Below, piece by piece: positions 1-12,838 of a stretch of 64,000 nucleotides of DNA (the first letter of the stretch is position 1; the number at the start of each line of letters is the position of its first letter). The position numbers were made by a program, and so were the translations under genes. The notes beneath the pieces were generated by a model. It did no database searches. It was given only the letters and a program-made list of their open reading frames with translations, and was not told the DNA's origin. Source of the DNA: Laetmonice hystrix (taxonomy: Eukaryota); contig OZ249436.1 in the NCBI GenBank assembly GCA_965235115.1, forward strand, positions 2,916,001 through 2,980,000. Direction: 5' to 3'.

Positions 1-585
1 GGAAATTGGCAGGGGGGGGGGGGGGGTCGAGGGCATTTGGGGGAGCACATTTTGGTGCTTGCAGACATCATTTTTGGGGATATAGCCAATACTTTTTAGG
101 GGAGACCCCCAAATAAGGCCCTTAGGAACCCCTGAACAGGTAGAAGTACAAGAGGAAGTAGTGTATGTCTCTCACTTCATATAATTCACCAGTCTGAGGT
201 CAACGATCTCCAAGTAAACAACAAAAAAGGCTAGAGCTCCTTCCTTTCTATTGGGAATCCGGAACTTGCCACACCACAACCTAAAACCAGTTACCTACCG
301 CAATAATGTCAAAGAGATAAACAACCCTGCATTTGTGAGAATCTAGTTTCCATGATGCGAGTATACATCAAACGCTGTATCATATGATATAATCTCAGAG
401 ACGGTCGTGGGAAGGAACCGGACTCCCCTTTCCCATCATTCCAATCAGGGCCGCGCCTTGTTTGACCTGACTAACCTCGCATGTCGGGAGGACATTCGTC
501 TCCCGGTAAAACTATGTCCGGTGATTTGTGTCAAGTCCGGTGAGACTGGTTTCCACAATATAGGAGTGCATGAAGTGGTGATACC

Positions 586-1115
586 TTTACGGGTATATCC
601 TGTAAGACTGCTGGTTTACGGGTATAACGGGCATATCCTGTAAGACTGCTGGTTTACGGGTATAACGGGCATATCATGTAAGACTGCTGGTTTACGGGTA
701 TATATCCTGTAAGACTGCTGGTTTAAGGGTATATATCCTATAAGACTGCTGGTTTACGGGTATAACGGGTATATCCTGTAAGACTGCTGATTTACGGGTA
801 TATATCCTGTAAGACTGCTGGTTTACGGGTGTATATCCTGTAAGACTGCTGGTTTACGGGTGTATATCCTGTAAGACTGCTGGTTTACGGGTATAACGGG
901 CATATCATGTAAGACTGCTGGTTTACGGGTGTATATCCTGTAAGACTGCTGGTTTACGGGTATAACGGGTATATCCTGTAAGACTGCTGGTTTACGGGTG
1001 TATATCCTGTAAGACTGCTGGTTTACGGGTATATATCCTGTAAGACTGCTGGTTTACGGGCATATATCCTGTAAGACTACTCGTTTACGGGTGTATATCC
1101 TGTAAGACTGCTGGT
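586..1115. repeat. Minisatellite, 31/39-bp units
   Basis: cctgtaagactgctggtttacgggtatatat repeated. Confidence 0.95.
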
Positions 1116-3459
1116 GTGTTCCCAATGTTCTTTTCTGAAACTTCAGAGGCCACTAAAGACCCGTTGGGACGGCCAAAGTCAAGACCACATGAGAAAGCGG
1201 CGGGAGACCATGCTGATTTAGAGAGTAGGAGACATCAGACTACATGTATTTCGTTTCTTCACAAAAGTCACCATCTATCACACAGTGCCTTATCGCGGGG
1301 AGGGTCCATTTTTAGCTATTTATAGAGAATAAAGAGAACGACCAGAGAATATGTGTGACCTATGACCCCCTTATGGGCAGTCCATTACCCTCTACTATAT
1401 CCCATTGGCTTTCAAAGTCGTCCGCAGAGTGGCCAACCTACGGACCTTCATAAACTGGGACTTAACTTGTAGGGAAACCTTTTAAATCTGGGGGCCCTGA
1501 AACACCATTATCAGCACTCGCAGACAAATATTTCTGTCAAAAAGCCTTGGTAAACTGGTCGTCATTTTCGGCTTGTTTTCCATAATAAAACGTTATTGCA
1601 ATACAATTCTCGTAATTCGTTTCCTTGTATGAGAACTTAAAGAAAATATATTTCTGGGCTCGTTGCTCGTGTGAGAAGATCATCAAAATCGGGAGTGTTG
1701 CTAACCCGACCGACGTTGTCTCGTGATTCGGAATTTTCAAGTACTATCGGGACAATCCGACGAAATCAGGATGGTTGGACACACGCGTCTGTCAACCGCC
1801 TTCTCTATAAATCTATGTTTAGATCGATACATTTATCACAAAAATTTATAAATTGTCTAAGTTTATAGATATATTAACCTACCGATGAAGTTGGTTTTTA
1901 AAAATGTTTTGGTTTTTTTTTTCCGGGGGGGGGGGGATGATGTTTTCCCCACACATCCAGCGTCTATGCCCAGACAACCCCGCACAGCGACAGGGAGAAG
2001 TTTTAGCTGTTCGTAACTTCGCATCACGTACATCCCGTGCTGATGTCGTCTGCGTCCTGGCTGACATTATACGTTCTGACCACAAACCGCCAACATAACG
2101 TTCTGTCTCCATGGTTACCAGAATGGTTGTCAAGGACGACTGTAATCAGTCGCCAATGTTAACGATACCTGGTAGTGAGACTCACTGCCTTTCTCATAAT
2201 CCCCCATGTAGACTTTCTACACCCAGAATAAATTTAACATTTAATGTATAATGGTTCAATAAGACCAAGCTCTTAAACGGAAACACAAGGTTTGAACAGC
2301 CAGAATATACTGAGAGTTCGTCATGTCTACTGGGAGACTAGACCTGATGTATGTTATCATTCGAGGCATGTATTATCTAATGGAACGCTGATGAGATTTT
2401 CGGATTGTCTTGATGGAAGTAGATCTATCTTGGCATACCAGCAAGTTCTATAATGTCATAGTATGACACACCGCGCCTTCATATTAAAGTCTGGGGGATT
2501 CGCTCTGCCTGGCCCATTAATGGGTGATAGGAGGTGTGTGTGTGTAGGGGGGGGGTATCCTTGTCGCTCAGAGGCGGCTGATCAGTCTGTCTATGCTCGG
2601 TGTTATCAATTATATCGTTAACTTAAAATGAATATAAAGCTACCCGTCGATAACGAATTTTATCAATCGTTAACAATGGTCTTATTACCGAGAGGCCGCT
2701 TGTCTGCTCGTTTAAATGATATCGTTAATAAGGATATCCTATTAATACGCCCTATTAGTATTCCCTTATTCTCCCCAATAAAAAAAGATCATGGTCTGAC
2801 CTGCGCCACTGTCAGCCAACAGGTCGATGTAGCCAACCTCGGACTGCTGCTGTCAATGAAAGCCCGACCGATCGTCTCACAAACACTACTGAACGGCTGA
2901 CCGCAAGGAAATGTCAACGTCAGCGTTTTTATGACCAACACTCTCTGACCACACCCGGCGACACACTCCCCCCCCCCCCCCCGACCGATGTTACCATCAT
3001 GGTCGAGTCGCCATTTTGAAAGTAGTTTGATCCACAGGCAGCGCTGCCATTAATCTGTCAGATGATTCGGGAGTTTTGATGGGGAGTTGAGTGGGTGTTT
3101 ACAGAAGGAATCCACCGGCGGGGAACCGAGTGATGTCAAATGACGTCCTCCTCTGCCATTACTCACGAGGGATTACTTTGTCTGCGCTATTGTGTCCGCC
3201 TGCCTGTTTACTCCAGTATTCGTTCGCCCGCATCACAACACACACAGAAAACTGTGCATTACACCCGAGAGTTATTTCCGAAGCAGGTAGAAATGGCCGA
3301 GGGTTCCCGAATGCCGGCGACACAATGTAACACTGGTTCTGATTGGCTCGTCAGTTTCTAAAGCGTTCTGTTTGCGCGTTCCACGCTCGGAGCATGGTTC
3401 TGGCTCGTCGCCAGGGCAACCAGAGCAGACGAAGACTGGAGGTTGACACCAAGAACCAG

Positions 3460-3563
3460 GGGTGCGTTTCACAACCTGTCATCAGCTTGTATCGTAAACA
3501 CCAATGTATTTTCAATGGGGAGTTTTACGCACGACAGGGTTACGATTGTTGTGAAACGCACCC
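3460..3563. mobile_element. PIF/Harbinger-like MITE
   Basis: TIR gggtgcgtttcacaac / gttgtgaaacgcaccc with a CAG 3-bp TSD. Confidence 0.75.
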
Positions 3564-3683
3564 CAGAATCAGATCCTGGGGGTCGGATATACAAAACAGT
3601 GGGACTGTGAGCCTCGGTCTCATTTGACAAAGTCACGTGAGAGGGTTCTCCTAACCGGAAGTAACCTACGAACATCATGAACT

Positions 3684-4111
3684 TAGCCTGGTGCCCTGTG
3701 CCTACCATACGCATCCGCTATGTTAGGCCAGGTGATGGCTAACAGAAAGCTGCGAAACGGAAGTGATTAAACTCCAAGCACTTCCGCTTCCGTTCAGTTG
3801 GTCAGCGTTAACAGAGTGACCGACTTCTGCTTGGAGCGTGGCCGCGGGTGGCCAACATGCCCCTGCGTATGCAGACCGCAGGTGCAGGTGTGGGGACTGA
3901 TGACGCTATGTTTATATCCAGAAAAGCGAGGACATTTAACACTTGTATTTTAAAGGGATTGACAAAAATATCTGTATCTTGTTGGAGAAATATGGAAAGT
4001 ACGGAACTACCTCGTTTGCGTCCATGTTTTCGATGGGCCAATCACAACGCTCGCTTCGATTGGCCTTCACCAGGCTCTATATACGTAGTGTTTAGACCGG
4101 GCACCAGGCTA
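3684..4111. mobile_element. Non-autonomous DNA transposon with TAG...CTA ends, 13-bp TIR and 10-bp TSD
   Basis: atcatgaact|tagcctggtgccc ... gggcaccaggcta|atcatgaact. Confidence 0.85.
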
Positions 4112-4502
4112 ATCATGAACTCGCAGTCCTAAATAGATCAGGTATCCGTAATTGGGTGAGCTTTCCATAAAATGGGTGGGTCTCCATAAAAGGGGCAGGT
4201 TTCCATAAAAGGCGAGGGTCCCATAAAAGGGGCAGGTTTCCATAAAAGACTCCGAACTATGCTTGCCCTATCCTATCTAGCTTAATATATATATTTTTAA
4301 ATTTCTAACTTACTTTAGTATATTTTAGGATTATAGAAGAAGCCACCCCTATGCTAAAAACAACATAATTATACATGTACTGTATCTACTTCAAAAACCG
4401 TTCCAACTTTATTCAGCTCAGGATATTATACGGGTACTATGTATACTACGTAAACCTGCAAAATACATCATATATACACAGCTCCGTCAAGTTGCGAGTG
4501 AT

Positions 4503-4991
4503 TCCACCAAACTAGTTCCTTCCAACCAAACTAGTTCCTTTCCACCAAACTAGGTCCTTTCCACCAAACTAGTTCCTTCCCACCAAACTAGTTCCTTTCC
4601 ACCAAACTAGTTCCTTTCCACCAAACTAGTTCCTTTCCACCAAACTAGGTCCTTTCCACCAAACTAGTTCCTTCCCACCAAACTAGTTCCTTTCCACCAA
4701 ACTAGTTCCTTTCCACTAAACTAGTTCCTTCCCACCAAACTAGTTCCTTTCCACCAAACTAGTTCCTTTCCACCAAACTAGTTCCTTTCCACCAAACTAG
4801 GTCCTTTCCACCAAACTAGTTCCTTCCCACCAAACTAGTTCCTTTCCACCAAACTAGTTCCTTTCCACCAAACTAGTTCCTTTCCACCAAACTAGTTCCA
4901 TTCCACCAAACTAGTTCCTTTCCACAAAACTAGGTCCTTTCCACCAAACTAGTTCCTTTCCACCAAACTAGTTCCTTTCCACCAAACTAGT
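4503..4991. repeat. Minisatellite, 19-bp unit
   Basis: ccaccaaactagttccttt repeated. Confidence 0.97.
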
Positions 4992-5519
4992 TTTACAATC
5001 CGTTTTCTCCCCAGTCACCAGTCCTACAGATGTACAGCGTTATTACAACAGTATCGACCACCATGTAGTGATGTTTTGACAGACGCCTCCTGATACCAGG
5101 CGTGCGACCCGTTCCAGGGGGTAATAGGTTTCAGCGAGCACATCTTCATCAGCCGGTCGATGTAGTCGTGAACGCGACCACCAGGGGGCGTGTGACGTCA
5201 GAACATCATTATAAGGAAGGGCCCTGCCTGGAGGGCAGATCGATGGCTGATCTAACCTGGCCTGATCCCATACAGCAGCCTGGTCCAGTGCTAACCACGA
5301 TATATGACACAGACTCTAATACTGAACACTTGGATCTGGCTGTTGGGGGATTACTTCATCAAGGAACTGACCAATGGGGCACGCAAATATACCCTGGCGC
5401 TTTAATCATGGCAGACCGAGTCTACTGCCTCTCTTGGGGTTAACCCCTTGAAATCTGTCATCGTTACTTATACTCACCGTTTTTTACATTCATGGGGGAA
5501 GTAAACCGTAAAGATTAGG

Positions 5520-6380
5520 ACTGGCTGTTGACCCTACCATCTGAGCAGAGCCCTGACCGTACCATCTGACTTCAACTGGCCGTTGACCGTACCATCTGAC
5601 TCCAACTGGCCTTGACCCTACCATCTGACTCCAACTGGCCGTTGACCGTACCATCTGACTCCAACTGGCTGGTGACCCTACCATCTGAGCAGAGCCCTGA
5701 CCGTACCATCTGACTCCAACTGGCCGTTGACCCTACCATCTGAGCAGAGCCCTGACCGTACCATCTGACTCCAACTGGCCGTTGACCGTACCATCTGACT
5801 CCAACTGGCCGTTGACCGTACCATCTGACTCCAACTGGCGGGTGGGTGGGTATTTGGGGTTTTACGCCTTGCAACAGCCAGGGTCATATCACGGCGGTGA
5901 AGATGAGATGAAAGTCAGTTTTTCTTGGTGGAGGAAACCGGAGTACCCGGAGGAAACCACCGACCTTCGGGAAGGAACTGACTGACAAACCTTTCACACA
6001 TGCAGCCCAGGCCGGGAATCGAACCCGGGTCGCAGCGGTGTGAGGCGATGGTCCTAGGTGTCATGATGGAGCCGACACCTTAGACCACTCGGCCACCCGA
6101 GGCCCCCGACTCCAACTGGCCGTTGACCGTACCATCTGACTCCAGCTGGCTGTTGACCATACCATCTGATCAAAGCTGGCCCCTGACCGTACCATCTGAT
6201 TCCAACTGGCTGTTGACCCTACCATCTGACTCCAACTGGCCGTTGACAGTACCATCTGACTCCAACTGACCCCTGACCGTACCATCTGACTCCAACTGGC
6301 TTCTGACCGTACCATCTGACCAAACCTGGCCCCTTGACTCTACCATCCAACTCCCACCGATCCCTGACCGTACCACCTGA
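5520..6380. repeat. Minisatellite, about 30-bp unit, split by a SINE
   Basis: gttgaccgtaccatctgactccaactggcc repeated. Confidence 0.95.
5840..6107 (-). mobile_element. tRNA-derived SINE with V-SINE-like core, inserted in a 30-bp minisatellite
   Basis: A box GTGGCCGAGTGG, B box GGTTCGATTCC, core GGTTTCCTCCGGGTACTCCGGTTTCCTCCACC and (ACCC)n tail; flanked on both sides by gactccaactggc. Confidence 0.88.
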
Positions 6381-7472
6381 CAACAAAGCCACCAGATACT
6401 GCGCCCTGAGCGCTCTCGGGATCAGTTTCTCGAGACAATTCACAAATGTCAGTAATCAATCGTCTGGGTTAGCTTCTATGTCTGAAGTCACTTTCCCCTC
6501 TGTCTATCGGTTTCCCCTTGCCTCATCGTGCGGTGAATTACCTCCAAAAAAACTTAAACTCAATGTCGGCATGATTGTCATCATCTGCTCAATCACATGC
6601 CATAGCATCATCCGCAATGTCATTCAAAAACGTGCTGAACTTTACAGGAACCAAAATAAAAGTGCATTTTAAACAGATGTACGTGCTGGCATTTAAAAGT
6701 AACTCTCCCCCAACGAATTTACGAATTTAGGTCAGGATCATTTACTTTATCATTCAGTCAAGGGTGAGCATAAGATTTCATTGAATAACCTTCAATCCAA
6801 TTTCTGTTCCTGCCCCTAATGTAAAATATACATGTAAAATGATAAGGTGATGGGACGGTTACGTCTGAGCGATAATATGAGCCTTGAGGAGCAGTAATTT
6901 ATGGCCTTTAACTGATTAGTTCAGTTTAATCAATAAAGTCGGAAAAAGGCACTTTACTGGTTTCAGCATTGAGGTTAGTCATTCAAATACTGCCTGTCGG
7001 TATCTTGATGTTCCAGCTGCTCCAGCGGCGCCAGCTGTAAGAGCCACTCAGTGTTAGGGCCGTAAACCTCCAGACTGAGGCAGACAGCTTCTTAGGACTG
7101 GGACCGACACACGTCATTCTACATGACTGAAATACTGATCACTTAAAGCGGGAAACATTAATTACAGTGGATGCTTTCTCTCATAGTCTAATATTGTCAA
7201 AATGAAATATCAACATGTTATAAATAAAACTACGAAAGGAGACTGGCGAAAGGAGACTTGCAAAGGTCAAAGTAAGAAGTAGATGAGTATGTCCAATGTT
7301 CTTCCGTTAATATTTGGAATTCACAGAGTCTACACTAATGGGGGATGTTATCGGCCAGGCTCAGACTGAGTGTGGACTTCTCCGATATCACAGACACATG
7401 CTGCGATCTCATCACTGCGAGAAAAAAAACTGGGCTTGGAAAACACACACAGTCCATTAAGACTTCAGCGGA

Positions 7473-8050
7473 AACACAGCCACTTCATTACGGTTTCAGA
7501 GGGCTGGTTCACAAACACAGTCACTTCATTAAGGTTTCAGAGGGCTGGTTCACAAACACAGTCACTTCAGTAAGGTTTCAGAGGGCTGGTTCACAAACAC
7601 AGCCACTTCATTAAGGTTTCAGAGGGCTGGTTCACAAACACAGTCACTTCATTAAGGTTTCAGAGGGCTGGTTTACAAACACAGCCACTTCATTAAGGTT
7701 TCAGAGGGCTGGTTCACAAACACAGTCACTTCATTAAGGTTTCAGAGGGCTGGTTCACAAACACAGTCACTTCATTAAGGTTTCAGAGGGCTGGTTCACA
7801 AACACAGCCATGTCATTAAGGTTTCAGAGGGCTGGTTCACAAACACAGTCACTTCATTAAGGTTTCACAGGGCTGGTTCACAAACACAGCCACTTCATTA
7901 AGGTTTCAGAGGTTTCAGAGGGCTGGTTCACAAACACAGTCACTTCATTAAGGTTTCAGAGGGCTGGTTCACAAACACAGTCACTTCATTAAGATTTCAG
8001 AGGGCTGGTTCACAAACACAGCCATGTCATTAAGGTTTCAGAGGGCTGAT
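7473..8050. repeat. Minisatellite, 41-bp unit
   Basis: ttcattaaggtttcagagggctggttcacaaacacagtcac repeated. Confidence 0.97.
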
Positions 8051-9405
8051 TCAGCAACAGAAAAACCGCAGTAGTGACACAACACGTTAAACCACGACAG
8101 GCCAAAAAACTGCTCGAACTGACTTTGCCTAAAAAAGGGGATTCTTTTATCAGTACTCTAATAGTGCTCTCATTTGGAATAGACAGAGATGCAGGTACTC
8201 AATCTAAACGGCCAATTAGACAATGAAATCAGCGCTGCCTCGTTTTTCACCTGCCACTGTGAACTGATGGTACAAATATCAGAACTAACAATATCTCATT
8301 CAACTTATTGAAACAACCTTTCATCAAGATGGAACCTGTAGTTTTTATGATTGACATCTCCTGAACCGAGGACTGACATCTAATTCAACTTAACGACACA
8401 AACCTTTTATCACGATAAACCCTGTTCAGTTAAAAAGGTTAATTCCGAAGAGATACACTGGAAAGGGGATCAGAAACCCGTAGGTTTGTAAATCCCCATT
8501 GATCTTTCGCTTAAAACTTTATATTGTTATAGGCTGATAGACGACAAGATATGTAAACGTTTACATATAAATATCAAGTGTGACAATATTAAACTTTCAC
8601 TTAACATTGTTATAGGCTGACAGAAGACAAGATATGTAAACATTTACATAGTCATAGGATATAAATATCAAGTGTGACAATATTCCAGAAGAAAAATGAT
8701 CACATGACCTGGTTGGTCAATTTTGTTTACACAGAATGGATCTATGTTTATTTTAAAGGTACGAAAACTACAATTCATGTCAAGAGAACTTAAACAAAAC
8801 GACTGAACAGGGTTCATCTTGATAAGGTTTTGTATCTGCTCTGTGTAGATCTCCCGAGCCAAGAACTTTCATCTCATTCAACCTATCGAGACAAACCTTT
8901 CATCAATATGAACCCTATTCAGTAGTTTGGTATCTGTTCTGTGTAGATTTAGGGATTGAGACCTCCTGAGCCAAGAACTGTCAGTCTGACATCAGTGAAT
9001 GACAGTCATTTGGTGAGACCCAAACTTTCCGCCCACACCCAAACTGTGGGCTGTGTCCCGGCCTAACCTCATTAAGGAGAACTCTTTTTCACCTCTAATT
9101 ACAAAAGATTATCCTAATTGTCATCAATCCAGAAGTCGGTCGTAAATGTCCTAACCCTTAAATCTCTGTAACATTTCAATAACGTGTTGGATCCAGGACT
9201 TGAGTAGATTTTATTTTACATTTACAAAAAAAAAAAATCCTGCCGGGAATATGTCAACATCTACCCAGCTATTACAATGGTACTGAATATATTACGTTTC
9301 CCACCATTTTGATCAACGATTCCACCCAAAACATGAATGGCGTGCCTCCTAAGGGTTAACAGTAAACCTGCTAGTTCTCGAGGCGGCAGAATTTCGCAAA
9401 TAGAC

Positions 9406-10040
9406 GGAGGTGGCTGACAGTGAAAGCTCCACTCGGTAGGTGGATGTGGGGGAGGTAGCTGACAGTGAAAGCTCCACTCGGTAGGTGGATGTGGGGGAGG
9501 TGGCTGACAGTGAAAGCTCCACTCGGTAGGTGGATGTGGGGGAGGTGGCTGACAGTGAAAGCTCCTCTCGGTAGGTGGATGTGGGGGAGGTGGCTGACAG
9601 TGAAAGCTCCACTCGGTAGGTGGATGTGTGGGGGGGAGGTGGCTGACAGTGAAAGCTCCACTCGGTAGGTGGATGTGGGGGAGGTGGCTGACAGTGAAAG
9701 CTCCACTCGGTAGGTGTATGTGGGGAAGGTGGCTGACAGTGAAAGCTCCACTCGGTAGGTGGATGTGGGGGAGGTGGCTGACAGTGAAAGCTCCACTCGG
9801 TAGGTGGATGTGGGGGAGGTGGCTGACAGTGAAAGCTCCACTCGGTAGGTGGATGTGGGGGAGGTAGCTGACAGTGAAAGCTCCACTCGGTAGGTGGATG
9901 TGGGGGAGGTAGCTGACAGTGAAAGCTCCACTCGGTAGGTGGATGTGGGGGAGGTGGCTGACAGTGAAAGCTCCACTCGGTAGGTGGATGTGGGGGAGGT
10001 GGCTGACAGTGAAAGCTCCACTCGGTAGGTGGATGTGGTG
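9406..10040. repeat. G-rich minisatellite, 45-bp unit
   Basis: gaggtggctgacagtgaaagctccactcggtaggtggatgtgggg repeated. Confidence 0.97.
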
Positions 10041-10065
10041 GAGGCGCTCGTTTAGTTTCAATGAC

Positions 10066-10680
10066 GGTGTGTGTTCCATGGGGGCTGGTGATGTGTGTGT
10101 TCCGTGATGGCCGGTGATGTGTGTGTTCCATGGGGGCTGGTGATGTGTGTGTTCCGTGAGGGCCGGTGATGTGTGTGTTCCGTGAGGGCCGGTGATGTGT
10201 GTGTTCCGTGAGGGCCGGTGATGTGTGTTTCGTGAGGGCCGGTAATGTGTGTGTTCCGTGAGGGCTGGTGATGTGTGTGTTCCGTGAGGGCCGGTGATGT
10301 GTGTGTTCCGTGAGGGCTGGTGATGTGTGTGTTCCGTGAGGGCCGGTGATGTGTGTGTTCCGTGAGGGCCGGTGATGTGTGTGTTCCGTGAGGGCCGGTG
10401 ATGTGTGTTCCGTGAGGGCTGGTGATGTGTGTGTTCCGTGAGGGCTGGTGATGTGTGTGTTCCGTGAGGGCCGGTGATGTGTGTGTTCCGTGAGGGCTGG
10501 TGATGTGTGTGTTCCGTGAGGGCCGGTGATGTGTGTGTTCCGTGAGGGCCGGTGATGTGTGTGTTCCGTGAGGGCTGGTGATGTGTGTTCCGTGAGGGCT
10601 GGTGATGTGTGTTCCGTGAGGGCTGGTGATGTGTGTGTTCCGTGAGGGCTGGGGATGTGTTCCGTGAGTGCTGGTGATGT
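10066..10680. repeat. Minisatellite, 24-26-bp unit
   Basis: ggtgatgtgtgtgttccgtgagggcc repeated. Confidence 0.97.
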
Positions 10681-10708
10681 CGACGACATCCAGGCGAGGT
10701 TTGGTTAC

Positions 10709-10960
10709 GTAAAGCGACCCATACACGATTAATATAATTAGAACATTATTGAAGCAATATTATTGATGACATTTCTGATGGCCACCAACGACGCAATGAT
10801 ATTGCGCAGCCGTCAATAAATATCTACCGAGGTTTGATTCCGTCAGAACATTGCGCAAGTCAAACTTTTGCTTCAGTATCTCCCACTAACTGTCAATACT
10901 ATTGTCAATATCCAGTATTGACAATATTTAATCATATTGATCGTGTATGGGGCGCTTTAA
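10709..10960. mobile_element. TTAA-type (Kolobok/T2-like) MITE
   Basis: About 30-bp imperfect TIR taaagcgacccatacacgattaatat / atattgatcgtgtatggggcgctttaa. Confidence 0.7.
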
Positions 10961-10985
10961 GGGATAGACCACGGCCCACGAATGG

Positions 10986-12838
10986 TTTTTTTTTATTTTT
11001 ATTTTTTTAATTTCGTTTATTTTCACTGGCAAACCCTCAGCACAACACTGGTCTTCCTGGACCTGCCAGCATACATTCCCATAGACAAATATTCCCTAAA
11101 CAATTTGTTGGCCGCGTAACGAGCCATGTGTCAGTAACGTGTAAGAAACAAAAGGTTGGGTTAGTAGCCACATCATTTATATAACGTTGGAAGATAACAA
11201 GAGAGAAAAGTGACATATGAGCACTACTCCCATAAAATGCATATGGAGAAAAATTACAGACAAGATAAATAGGGGGGGCTATACTTCTCAATAACATATA
11301 TGCGTATTCGCAACACCAAATCTCTTCAATAGCCACACAACGCCTACATGCAGTAGGGCCGGTTGCACAAAATTTGACCTTCAAAGACAATTTATGACAA
11401 GGCCCATAACTTCTGGACATACTTGAAGTCATCAAAATCTACAATCGATCGTACTTCCTTATCCAAAGCATTCCACTCAACTGCACCTCGATAATACACG
11501 CTTGCTTTATACTTTTCACATTTAGGCTGTTTAACAGTAAACTTAATTGCATCATGTGTCCTAGTACCAATATCCCTTCTATCCATCAACCCCTCATTGG
11601 CTTTCATTCTAAACATAAAGTTCCTTAGATGCCATATCCTACGTCTCTCCAATTTAGCCACATTAGCTTCTCTATGAAGGTCTGAAGTAGGTGTCCTGGG
11701 TGGCGCATTCAAACAAATACGTAGACACTTGTTTTGCAAAACTTGTAACTTTTGTAGAAGGCAGGTATTGGAGTTACAGTACAATATGTCACCATAGTCA
11801 AATAATGGAAGTATCATTGTTTTATATATCGTCAAAGCAGCATGATTATTTATGTATTTCTTAATTTTACCCAATAAGTATGCTTTATGTGACACCGCCT
11901 TGGTAATATTCTTAATATGCTTAGTCATTGACAGAGTGGCATCCAATGTAACCCCTAAATATTTATATGAGACTTCCCTATCCAAAGTTAAATTATCATA
12001 AAACAATCTATCCTTATCAGACCTTTTAATCATTGATTTTGTACCAAATACCATGTGCTTAGTTTTCTTAGCATTGATTGTCAACCTATTCAGTTTACAC
12101 CCACTGGTAAACTCATTAAATCTCGACTGTAATCTCTTCAACGCGATTGAACTATTGTTGTCAGATGCATAGAGGGCAGTATCATCGGCAAACAACTGAG
12201 ACAATGCATTGCCAACATTACCCGGTAAATCATTTACATAGATTAGAAAGAGAAGGGGCCCAAGGATCGACCCTTGCGGTACACCACACGTAACTGGTTC
12301 AGGAGCAGATTTCGTACCATTTGCCAAAGTATGCTGGCTCCTGTTGCATAAGTAATTTTCAAGCCATAACAAGTTTTTATGTCTAATCCCCGCCTTCTCT
12401 GCTTTCGCTAGTAAGATTTTATGGTCGACGGTATCAAAAGCCTTTTTGAGATCTATGAATATAACGTGTGTTGTTTGTTTGTCGTTAATGGCTTCCAAAA
12501 TATCATTTGTAAGTTCTGCTATGGAATGAACAGTAGATTTACCCCGCCTAAAGCCTCCCTGAGATTTGTTAAAAAATTCTACTCTCTCCAAAAAGGCCAT
12601 AAATCTACCATGTACAATCTTTTCCAACAATTTACCTGGCACTGGAAGTAGAGAGACTGGCCGAAAATTATTCACGTCTGAGTTAGCTCCACCCTTGTAT
12701 AAGGGAATAACTGTCGCTTCCTTCCAGCAGTTTGGTATTGCACCCATACTAAATGTCAAATTAAACAATTTAGTTAGCTTAGGGACCAAGACTGTCAACG
12801 CATCCTTTAATAGTCTTGAAGATAAGTAGTTTATAGCA
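10986..12838 (-). mobile_element. 5'-truncated non-LTR retrotransposon (CR1/L2-like LINE) with RT ORF 11392-12838, 3' UTR and A-rich tail
   Basis: Motifs NFRPVSLLP, QGGFR, FIDLKKAFDTVDH, GVPQGSILGPLLF, FADD and YKYLGV; no endonuclease domain; A-rich tail at about 10986-11025. Confidence 0.93.

Noticed and set aside
6008..6107. tRNA gene
   Set aside because: Has A and B boxes but continues into a SINE core and tail; I could not fold a full cloverleaf.
9261..10726. His/Pro/Thr-rich ORFs of 216-446 aa
   Set aside because: Translations of the 45-bp and 26-bp arrays; no splice or domain support.
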